A stretch of 37,445 nucleotides of DNA, from IMG/VR virus record IMGVR_UViG_3300012345_000014, positions 1-37,445 of that record; one strand, written 5' to 3'. This DNA is from a virus. The position numbers were made by a program, and so were the translations under genes. Shown in pieces: positions 21,501-28,757 of the stretch. Below the pieces are notes generated by a model, which saw only the letters and a list, made by a program, of their open reading frames with translations, was not told where the DNA came from and made no database searches. The first letter of the stretch is position 1. Each line of letters starts with the position of its first letter.

Positions 21501-23749
21501 CTGAACTTATCAAGAACACCATCTTCAATAGCAGACAGAACCTTTCGATAGACTAACGGTAATCGGTCAGGATTGAATCGACCTGCTCTTGTGCGTTCAA
21601 ATAGTCTGCCAGTGTAAGCAGCAGTCATCTCATCGGCAATACGGCTGCGAGCATTTGCCAGAGAGTCCGCATCTGTGCTGTTCTTGAGTGTATTGGCAAA
21701 GCCTTGGAACTCGTTAGCAGCAATGGTATTCTTACCATAAGCATCACGAATCTGTTCAGCTACTTTACCAAGTGCAACGTCATCGAAGACTCCAGCCTTT
21801 ACAATCTGACCTGTAACAGGATCAGCAACGCCATAAATAGCGGCTTCAATCTCAGGACGGAAAGCACGATTGATAACTGAGTTGAATAGAATGTGAGCAG
21901 ATTCATGAGCAGCAGTGTCTCCACGGATCTTTTCAGGGTTGAGAACGATTTCCATTCCGTCAATATTGACCCAACCAGGAGCTAAACCTTGCTTGATCTC
22001 GTCGGGAGTAGCTACACGAAGTTTACCACCAGAAGCTTCAGCAACTCGCATAGCGTCTAGCTGTGATGCGGCACGTTCTGGGCCTACTTTAGCGACTAGC
22101 TTGGACATTGTGTCAGACCATGCGCCTTGTTCGATCTCTGGACGAGTAGTAATGAAAGTGTTGAGGTCACCAGTCGCTTGTTGCCTTGTGCGTGATGTAG
22201 AACCACCAAGAGCTTCCTTGCCAAGGTCAAAAGCACCACTCAAAGAACCAGTTAGACCACCTAATGCTCCACCAGCTCCAAAGCCAGCAGCTACACCTTC
22301 TAGATTGCGTTCAGCTAATCCACCCAACGCACCACCGACAACAGAACCAGCAGCAGCACCTTTGACAGCACCTTTTGTAACGTCCACGACAGCACGTCCC
22401 AATGGCTGGAACTGTGCTAATCCAGCAGCAAATTTGCGTCCTGCTTGTGATACACTTTCATCAAGTGCGACACGCTCTAGACCACCAAGTCTTGAAGCTT
22501 CTTGTTGTGCAATACGAGCAGCAGCACCAACTACTTCAGCGACCTTTTCTGTGGCTTTAGCACCACCTACAACGCCAGCAGTTAGACCTAGGTCACCCAT
22601 GGCGGAAGCTGTCAATGCCGTAGCTTGTGCACCAACTCCAGAGCCAGGAGCTACTGACTCGGCAATACGACCGACTGCTTGCAGTGCTCTGCTAGGTAGT
22701 GAAGCAACGCCTTGAACAGCTCCAGCAGTGCCTTCGATGGCTCTAAGTCCTGCTTGAGCCATTGGACTTGGTGCAGTTGATGGAAATGCAACAGTTGGAG
22801 CGTTTGGATCTGGAACAAAGTCAGTCATTCCACCGCTTTCAATGGTTTCAGATACCACTGGAGATGGTATGTTGTCCGCACCTTGTGCAGCAGTCCTAGC
22901 AGCAGTTTCAGCAGCCGTTTCCACTCCTTCAGCTCCAGCAGTCCTTGCAGCAGCTTTAGCAGCAGCATTTGCAGCAGCTCTAGTGACTAAAGTCTTGCCT
23001 CCTTTGAGTGCTACCTTGACTAAGGCTCCACCTAAACCAGCAGCTAGGAACGGATCGACAAATTGTCCACCTCTAGCAACTTCTGGAATGGAAGCATTCC
23101 GCATCGTTGACTCCATTGCATAGAGCCTGTTTACAATCTCAGAGTCACGTTGTTTTTCGGATGCAATAAGGTTTTTATAGTCTTCCTCGGTATTGACTCG
23201 ACCTTGACCTACGGCATTTGGACTCATTCCACCCATTCCCATGAATGCATTGGATGCGTAATCAGGCTTTGCCACCTTTCCAACGAAGTCTTCTTTGCGT
23301 GGGATAGGTTGAGCAGGATCAAAGATCTTGTTCAGGATATCATACGTTCCAACCATTCCTGCTGTCATACCTTCACCAAGTGACTTGGCTACTTCTGCGC
23401 CTTCACCTTGATAGGTCTTATAAGCTGCCGTTCCAATGCCAGTAGCTAACTCATCTCGGACTTGGTTGAAAGTATCCTTGGCAATACCAAAGAACTCACC
23501 TGGCGAAGTCTTCTTGTCAGCTTGATACTGTTTAAACAAGACGTAGTTATCATCTGACATCTGCTGGAATGGGTCAACCAAGTCTTGCCCTTCCATGGCA
23601 GCATTCTTCACTCCTTCAACATAATCCGCCATGTCCTTACCAGTAGGCGGAAACATAGCCGTAACAGAATCATTGATTTGTTCCTGAGTCGCTTCATCAG
23701 GAAATACAAGAGTTTGATTGCGAGACTTGATGAAGACTTCTTTGGGCAT
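18593..23749 (-). CDS. Giant multidomain (polyvalent-type) virion/ejection protein: A/G-rich N-terminal part, HExxH zincin-like module, C-terminal GNAT acetyltransferase-like module
   Basis: 1718-aa ORF, the last gene of the structural module. HESAH at 21893-21907. GNAT motif A YRGRGIGSEFY at about 18914-18946, within a GNAT-like span of about 18815-19060. Ala/Gly-rich region at about 22200-23000. Five FQP tripeptides. Confidence 0.8.
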   Translation of the reverse strand: MPKEVFIKSRNQTLVFPDEATQEQINDSVTAMFPPTGKDMADYVEGVKNAAMEGQDLVDPFQQMSDDNYVLFKQYQADKKTSPGEFFGIAKDTFNQVRDELATGIGTAAYKTYQGEGAEVAKSLGEGMTAGMVGTYDILNKIFDPAQPIPRKEDFVGKVAKPDYASNAFMGMGGMSPNAVGQGRVNTEEDYKNLIASEKQRDSEIVNRLYAMESTMRNASIPEVARGGQFVDPFLAAGLGGALVKVALKGGKTLVTRAAANAAAKAAARTAGAEGVETAAETAARTAAQGADNIPSPVVSETIESGGMTDFVPDPNAPTVAFPSTAPSPMAQAGLRAIEGTAGAVQGVASLPSRALQAVGRIAESVAPGSGVGAQATALTASAMGDLGLTAGVVGGAKATEKVAEVVGAAARIAQQEASRLGGLERVALDESVSQAGRKFAAGLAQFQPLGRAVVDVTKGAVKGAAAGSVVGGALGGLAERNLEGVAAGFGAGGALGGLTGSLSGAFDLGKEALGGSTSRTRQQATGDLNTFITTRPEIEQGAWSDTMSKLVAKVGPERAASQLDAMRVAEASGGKLRVATPDEIKQGLAPGWVNIDGMEIVLNPEKIRGDTAAHESAHILFNSVINRAFRPEIEAAIYGVADPVTGQIVKAGVFDDVALGKVAEQIRDAYGKNTIAANEFQGFANTLKNSTDADSLANARSRIADEMTAAYTGRLFERTRAGRFNPDRLPLVYRKVLSAIEDGVLDKFRSVMFEKGMDLGFDNVAKTFKDKNGKPIRIPELDAIVKKAFAQKLKTVDVTNAKPDLIPVNPADRALWAKTYGGAKGVLNDNGTPKSQSQIDAEAAARWQDMTSRLSALPDSEKIGIDFSRDKAGKTVMTAKGQLSPTALTAILDSGALDPSAKAVLVEVLNSMQRADKSTFDTRYYGVYTRGKGGNKMVAGVKSASQNEILPYSVEINSKDGVLIRAVDMSKVRDRLATAMTKPEFKAAFDSPAEALKGFRKYMDNITQINAVDSATLLGGGVKGATRRNLFYDALGFRLRNGETLLNAPQSVVNKSQNTIKSYRAERFAKLVDSGNKFAFEEATTYERGMRNFQPDAFTPESLPNGESFTNPDGFRILNKTGSKLFRTYDDTGKLIGIADSKEKAMRKAQSEFATQASKQKKLNEGIIDTDLNKVIPVKGEKDVVILTPESMKRFQPVGDVSLDELHGKFAMVIPADRMRRGRFNVGPIGSEREASVIAQGGPSFIEEHPNAAWAWTTKAKADGTLARARAQAKPGEKDFLLAVTLQGQEASLSNKTTQRAYKDALEAAVDSKLVSRKDMDAFIEEIYGEVHNLTKGSKDKENQTPAIRSLNELLKTPEFAIKPGGVLRDVLLKKRTNSIIPFVEQEKLGIAATQLAQQANDPRFTNLPNGTIVALVQIPLDAQPKRTGFHYSYDWEIQGKPIGYLKDPISASGLIGDYQSVVFPGNKFSSHIALGTQPRLVGLDAYIEQSGIKRSNTDAPDIRFQPVTPEQFNNKLEELQTLDLEDDQFVMPKFNAAKDKLVDTIADEAHLMVRGKDTISPFGAHELFIVDDNDAPIGFVRLTKSPEQISINMIQIDENYRGRGIGSEFYRYWLDKGVSIKSDKEITEGTAAIYQKLAREGYRMDIQDNRAVLLPKSNDIRFQPDPTSPNILNGSDGSRIIKSTSGKYRVYLATGALAGVKDSLESAQKLVQSKSK

Positions 23750-23750
23750 A

Positions 23751-24848
23751 TTATTTTACGGGTTCGTATCTTCCTGTTGCGGGATTGATTGCCATTTCCA
23801 TTTTTGGAGGAACCGCTGATTGTCCTGATTCAACAGTATTAGCACCTTGACCTTTCTTTCTGTTTGCTATTTCAATCATTCTAGCCTGTAAACTTCTCAA
23901 GCTACGCAAAGCTTGTTCATCTGTTCCTGCCATATTGATGCCAGCCAAAGCTTGTCCAATCATAGCACGTTCTTCATTGGAGAATGAACCTTGACCCTTA
24001 AAGATACTTGAACCAATTGCTGTCACTTTTGATTTCAAAGCTTCAATCTCTGCTCTTGTCCCAGACTCAGTTGTTGGTATGCCAAGTCTATCAGAGAGTG
24101 CTTGATAGAAAGTGCCACTTTTCCCAGCAGCAGCTTCAATTAATCCTTCTTTCCTTTCTCTCTCTGCTTTTTGTTTAGCAGTTTCATTGCTTGATGGTAG
24201 TGGTCCTAGAAGATTATTCATCTCATCCACCGCATTGTTCAAAATATCTGCTGTGCTTAGTTTAACCTCTCCAGAGACGCTAGGATCAACAGGAACATCA
24301 ACAATTTTACCATTCACCAAAGCTTTGCCAGCAATAGGCTTGCCTGTTTGTGAGTCGATTACTGGATAAGCAGTGAATGCAGAGTCTGGCAATTGATTCA
24401 CATCAACGAATTGAGGTGAAGGCATACCAGCACCCATAACGATCATCTTACCAGTGCCAGGGATAACCTGAGTGCGTAGAGGTTGTTCAGGTTGTTCAAT
24501 TGCGGGAGGATCGCCGTAATAAGACTGAATATCTTTGATAGCCTTCTGTTGAAAAGCTTGAAGAGCGTTTGCTTTAATTGCTCTTTCCATTCCTCCAGCA
24601 TAGTTCACAATCTCATTAAACCTATCTTCAATCAGCTTGTTATATGCAATCCTTTTATCACTAGGCCGAAGCATTTGCTGTGGAGACTGTTGAGCAAATT
24701 GCTGTTGTGGTGCATAGTTCTGAATCTCAGGAACAGGCACAGCAACAGGAATATCTTGCTGGCTATACTGATTAATCTGCTCTTGGTTAACAGGAACAGA
24801 TGGCGCAACAAACCGCTCGTAGATTCTTGGATCAAATTGTTCAGGCAT
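23751..24848 (-). CDS. Putative internal virion protein
   Basis: 365-aa ORF with a Gln/Pro-rich N-terminus. Adjacent to the giant protein (1-nt spacing). Confidence 0.5.
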   Translation of the reverse strand: MPEQFDPRIYERFVAPSVPVNQEQINQYSQQDIPVAVPVPEIQNYAPQQQFAQQSPQQMLRPSDKRIAYNKLIEDRFNEIVNYAGGMERAIKANALQAFQQKAIKDIQSYYGDPPAIEQPEQPLRTQVIPGTGKMIVMGAGMPSPQFVDVNQLPDSAFTAYPVIDSQTGKPIAGKALVNGKIVDVPVDPSVSGEVKLSTADILNNAVDEMNNLLGPLPSSNETAKQKAERERKEGLIEAAAGKSGTFYQALSDRLGIPTTESGTRAEIEALKSKVTAIGSSIFKGQGSFSNEERAMIGQALAGINMAGTDEQALRSLRSLQARMIEIANRKKGQGANTVESGQSAVPPKMEMAINPATGRYEPVK

Positions 24849-24865
24849 AATGGTATTGTTTAATC

Positions 24866-25507
24866 TTAATATCTTTGATTCATGGGTCTAAGTGGGCCAA
24901 CTCTACCGCCATAACCAGCAACTGACATACTCGGAAATTGAGGAAGAAACATTGGATTTACTCCCGCTACTCCATCAGGTGGAGTGTCTGCATAGATTGG
25001 GACTTGACCCATTGATCCGCTCATATTTGTGGCAGATCCTCCACCAGAAAATGGTGCGCTTAATCCTCTTAAAATAAAGTCTTGATTAGAAAGACCTTGT
25101 TGCATCTGTCCTTGAGCCTGTGCAGCCCTAGCTTGTGCTTGGTTGATGCCATAAAGCATCTGCATACGTTGAGCCTCTTGACCTAGAGAGTTCTGGAACA
25201 CAGCCTGCTGTTGTGGACTCATATTACCAATGTTTAAATATTGATTAGCCAACTCAGGATTCACTGGAGTTCCAGTCGCTTGAGACAAGGACTCTAAGCC
25301 CTTGTATTGAGCAGCAGCACCTTGTTGAAAAGCTTCTGTGCCTGCTTGTTGAGCTTGATAGCCTGTGTAAGCATTAGCAAGCTTACCAATTGTATCACTG
25401 ACTGCACTTGTCATTTGTCGAGTTGGTGCCGTCATCATCTCATAGGCATTATCTGGCATGGTTTTGAAACCTTGTCTGTATGCTCCAAAATAGCTTCCTT
25501 GATTCAT
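24866..25507 (-). CDS. Gln/Ala/Gly/Met-rich putative virion protein
   Basis: 213-aa low-complexity ORF (QAQARAAQAQGQMQQG) within the structural module. Confidence 0.5.
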   Translation of the reverse strand: MNQGSYFGAYRQGFKTMPDNAYEMMTAPTRQMTSAVSDTIGKLANAYTGYQAQQAGTEAFQQGAAAQYKGLESLSQATGTPVNPELANQYLNIGNMSPQQQAVFQNSLGQEAQRMQMLYGINQAQARAAQAQGQMQQGLSNQDFILRGLSAPFSGGGSATNMSGSMGQVPIYADTPPDGVAGVNPMFLPQFPSMSVAGYGGRVGPLRPMNQRY

Positions 25508-25510
25508 AAT

Positions 25511-26314
25511 TTAGTCTTTCATGTAGGTTAGTTTTTCCTGTGATGCCCATGGCACTTGTCTCGAAATATTCTCAATTGTCATGTCCAGCTTAGGACAATG
25601 CACGAACTTAGGAGCGTTAACCCTACGATCAACGCAACGAGTGCAAGCGTGGACATAGTCAACGTTATGCGCTTTGTTCACCTTCTCGCTCCACTTGCCA
25701 TTCGATTTCTCGTAGCGGTCAGCATCGTATGGAACGTCATGCTGTTCGATGTATTCCCATACGTCATCATGAGTCCAGTCACGAAGAGGGAACATCATGT
25801 TAGGTTGACCCCATAACACTCTAGACTCAATGCGCGTTCCAGCGTCTCCACCTAGGATTGGATCTGAATCACAACCTTTGTGACCTATCCACAGACAGTC
25901 AAATGCAGGAACTTCCAATAAAGTCTGCTTTGGACGTTTGAGGATGTCTAGAGAGCAAGTAAACGAGCACCCTTGAATTGGCTCAACAATGCCAGTGGGA
26001 CAGGTGAGAATCGTTGAGTTTACTTGATAGAAGTTTTGCACCTCAAACTCGTCACCAGTCTGCTGGAAGGCAGATTCTTGAGGATGCCAAGTGTAGACCA
26101 ACAGGTTCCACCGTTTGATTAGATCATCTGCAAAGATATACTTCCTCGGCTGCCATGGTTCACGAAAGAAGACAATAGGCATTGTTAGACCCATGCTCTT
26201 CATGATGTGAAGAAGCACCATCGAGTCCTTGCCACCAGACCAACAAATCATCCCTTTTGGGAATGCCTTGATGCCGTTGGCAATGATCTTTTTTGTGGTT
26301 TCTAGTTTAGTCAT
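25511..26314 (-). CDS. PAPS-reductase-family PP-loop enzyme
   Basis: 267 aa. PP-loop ICWSGGKDSMVLLHIM near the N-terminus and a C-terminal Cys cluster HACTRCVD...VHC. No CysH-type ECG(L/I)H motif seen. Confidence 0.75.
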   Translation of the reverse strand: MTKLETTKKIIANGIKAFPKGMICWSGGKDSMVLLHIMKSMGLTMPIVFFREPWQPRKYIFADDLIKRWNLLVYTWHPQESAFQQTGDEFEVQNFYQVNSTILTCPTGIVEPIQGCSFTCSLDILKRPKQTLLEVPAFDCLWIGHKGCDSDPILGGDAGTRIESRVLWGQPNMMFPLRDWTHDDVWEYIEQHDVPYDADRYEKSNGKWSEKVNKAHNVDYVHACTRCVDRRVNAPKFVHCPKLDMTIENISRQVPWASQEKLTYMKD

Positions 26315-27106
26315 TTAGATGAGTGCTGCTGCTGCAATCGTTCCAACTGCGCCAACACCTGCACTTACCATACCTGCTTTATTGGAAGCGTTAGCAGCAC
26401 TTGCAGTCATTTGATTCTGAGCATTCTGTGAGTAAATATCAGATGCCATCTGTGATTCAGGTTGGAATTGCCTACCTGACATTAATCCAGAAGCTTGTCC
26501 AGCTAATCCACCAAGAGTCTGCGACATAGGTTGATAAGTCGTGTTGTAGTATTGAGGAACGCCAGATTGCTCTAGTTGAGTAGCCACATTACCAGCAAAC
26601 TGCTGTCGTTGGCGTTGGAGAGCTTCACCCATTCCATACTGACTCATGATCTCCGCACCAATAGCACGGTTACCTGTGCCCATTCCTCTAGCAGCATATG
26701 CAGCTCTAGCTTGTTGCTGTGCAATCCTTTGCTGTTCCGGCGTAAGGCTGGAACCAGCGGCTAGACCTTCTTCAGCTTGTGTCTGGAGCTGTGAAAGCAG
26801 ATTGGCCGATCCAGCACCTTGACGGTATTGCTGGACGAACTGCGGCATGTATTTCTGCTGTTGTGCAATGTCAGCTTCAGAGAGTTGGTTCTGGTAATCA
26901 ATAAGGCCAGGCATTGCCTCACCGTAGATACCTTGTAAACCTTGCAGTCCTTGGCCTAACTGCGAGATGTTTAACGCAGTGTATTGAGGCTGATACTGCT
27001 GTTCTGCTGACAGAAGCTTAGGCGCAAGCTTGATTTGCGCGTTAAGCGTATCAGTCATGATCTTCGCGTAAGATACTGGTTTTGGTGCTTCAGCTGATGA
27101 TCCCAT
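26315..27106 (-). CDS. Gln-rich putative virion protein with hydrophobic C-terminus
   Basis: 263-aa ORF. Gln-rich, ending in GMVSAGVGAVGTIAAAALI. Confidence 0.5.
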   Translation of the reverse strand: MGSSAEAPKPVSYAKIMTDTLNAQIKLAPKLLSAEQQYQPQYTALNISQLGQGLQGLQGIYGEAMPGLIDYQNQLSEADIAQQQKYMPQFVQQYRQGAGSANLLSQLQTQAEEGLAAGSSLTPEQQRIAQQQARAAYAARGMGTGNRAIGAEIMSQYGMGEALQRQRQQFAGNVATQLEQSGVPQYYNTTYQPMSQTLGGLAGQASGLMSGRQFQPESQMASDIYSQNAQNQMTASAANASNKAGMVSAGVGAVGTIAAAALI

Positions 27107-27428
27107 ATTTTTCTTTCACTTTGTTGAATTTGTAAGCGTGATATTTTTCTAAACCATGACGCTGAAAGACTGCATACTCTAAAGCGTGAGGAGCTTTAAG
27201 AAGCATATCCTTAACTGAGCCGGAAGCAAGATGCACAAACCAGCCATTATGTCTATCAGTTAAAAAGAACGGCTTGTATCCGTCCCAGTAACATTGTTGA
27301 GCTAGGCAGAAACTTGTGTCGGAGGAGTAAACGACTCCGTATTGAATGCAACTAGCCAACATACTCTCGAAAGGAGCGGCATCAGGCCACTTCTCAAGCC
27401 ATTGTTTTGCTAGTTGCCATGGTTTCAT
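27090..27428 (-). CDS. Hypothetical protein
   Basis: 112-aa ORF. Abuts the fibre-like gene and overlaps the next gene by 17 nt. Confidence 0.45.
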   Translation of the reverse strand: MKPWQLAKQWLEKWPDAAPFESMLASCIQYGVVYSSDTSFCLAQQCYWDGYKPFFLTDRHNGWFVHLASGSVKDMLLKAPHALEYAVFQRHGLEKYHAYKFNKVKEKYGIIS

Positions 27429-28754
27429 TTACCAGATTGATTGAAAGTGGAACTCACCAGATGTTTCGGTGTTGATTCCTCCGGTGTCGTAACTAACAAA
27501 AGCAAAGCCACTAACCGTCTTCAAGACATTTGATGGAACATTGCTCACGATGTTATTAACCTGAGGAGTGAAAAGATTGGTGTTTGATGTGAACTTTACA
27601 GCAGAAAGGTTTAGAATATATGCATCAGCGGAAGGTGGTTTATTAGTAAAGTTCACACGAATTACCCGTGATGAATCTTTACCGTAGGCTGAGTAAGCAT
27701 TATTGCCTGCAAGTAAAGCATGCGAATACCAATTGATTGCAACATTGGTTTGAACTGAGGTTGTAGCCGTAACAATCGTAAATGTGTTTGCATTAGCGAC
27801 CGTAACAACACTATACCAGCCAGCGGTTAAGCCAGTCCCAGTAAAGTATGCTGCATCATCAACTCTAAACCCATGAGCTGTCTTTGTTACAGTCATTGTC
27901 TGTGATCCAGATGTTCTGCTGTAAGTAGCTGAAACAGTGACAGGGTTAGCACTAATATTAGCCCATGCTTTAATAAATGCGCCAACAGTTGTTTTGAGTC
28001 GGTTGGAATCTGACACGTCTTTGAACAAGAACTCATCACCAGTCCCAAGTTCAACACTGGCAACGTTAATCGGAATGTTACCTTGTAGCGGTCCAGTGAG
28101 TGTCGAGCTGATAGTCAGTGCCTTCTCATACCATGTCACATTCCCAACTATGTCACCTGCATCAGCAACTGTAACGGTAAACACATCAACAGACGTTACT
28201 GTGACGGTATAAGTGCCGTTGAGAATACTGCTAGTTACTGGCACTGCACTTGTCCCTGTAAACACAAAGTAACGAGAGTTACCAGTGGTTAGACCATGAG
28301 CGGTCTTTGTGACTGTGAGAAGGGTTGTCGTCCTTGACCACGTTGCACTAGCTACAGCAGCAGTTCCTAGCGTTGTATCACTGCTAACCGTTACAGGTGC
28401 ACCGAAACTAGACGTTGCGTTGACTGTTAGTGTATCAGCAGCAGCATCTCCTAGGGTTGTGTTGCCATTTGCAGTCAATGCGCCAGATAAGGTTGTTGCG
28501 CCAGTTACCGCAAGGCTAGCAGCAGAAGTGCCAGTTGGGAGGTTAGCGGCTAGTGTGGAAAGGCTCACCTTCTTAGCCGGAGAAGCTCCAGCCGTAGCAA
28601 TCAGGAACTCATCAGCGGGAGCTGGAGAAGCTACAGCATCTTGTCCTGAGATGAACGTTGCAAGAGGCTTTGCATCGACAACGTGATTCGTTAGTGCATC
28701 AGCATTGAGAACGTTACCTTGAACGAATGTTTGAGTAGAAACGAGTGTTGGCAT
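27429..28754 (-). CDS. Tail-fibre-like protein with an internal domain duplication
   Basis: 441 aa, Thr/Ser/Ala-rich. The N-terminal DEFLIATAGASPAKKVSLSTLA motif is typical of fibre N-termini. Two copies of a roughly 60-aa unit contain TVTKTAHG(L/F). Confidence 0.55.
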   Translation of the reverse strand: MPTLVSTQTFVQGNVLNADALTNHVVDAKPLATFISGQDAVASPAPADEFLIATAGASPAKKVSLSTLAANLPTGTSAASLAVTGATTLSGALTANGNTTLGDAAADTLTVNATSSFGAPVTVSSDTTLGTAAVASATWSRTTTLLTVTKTAHGLTTGNSRYFVFTGTSAVPVTSSILNGTYTVTVTSVDVFTVTVADAGDIVGNVTWYEKALTISSTLTGPLQGNIPINVASVELGTGDEFLFKDVSDSNRLKTTVGAFIKAWANISANPVTVSATYSRTSGSQTMTVTKTAHGFRVDDAAYFTGTGLTAGWYSVVTVANANTFTIVTATTSVQTNVAINWYSHALLAGNNAYSAYGKDSSRVIRVNFTNKPPSADAYILNLSAVKFTSNTNLFTPQVNNIVSNVPSNVLKTVSGFAFVSYDTGGINTETSGEFHFQSIW

Positions 28755-28757
28755 ATT

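Noticed and set aside
21915-22715. 266-aa plus-strand ORF
   Set aside because: It is antisense to the Ala/Gly-rich part of the 1718-aa gene. The translation is P/A/S/R-rich, as expected from reading GCN-rich codons backwards. There is no start context, and every other gene is on the minus strand.
27755-28350. Diversity-generating retroelement (template and variable repeat) in the fibre gene
   Set aside because: The two repeat units are divergent at the protein level rather than differing mainly at adenines. No reverse transcriptase gene is present in the window.
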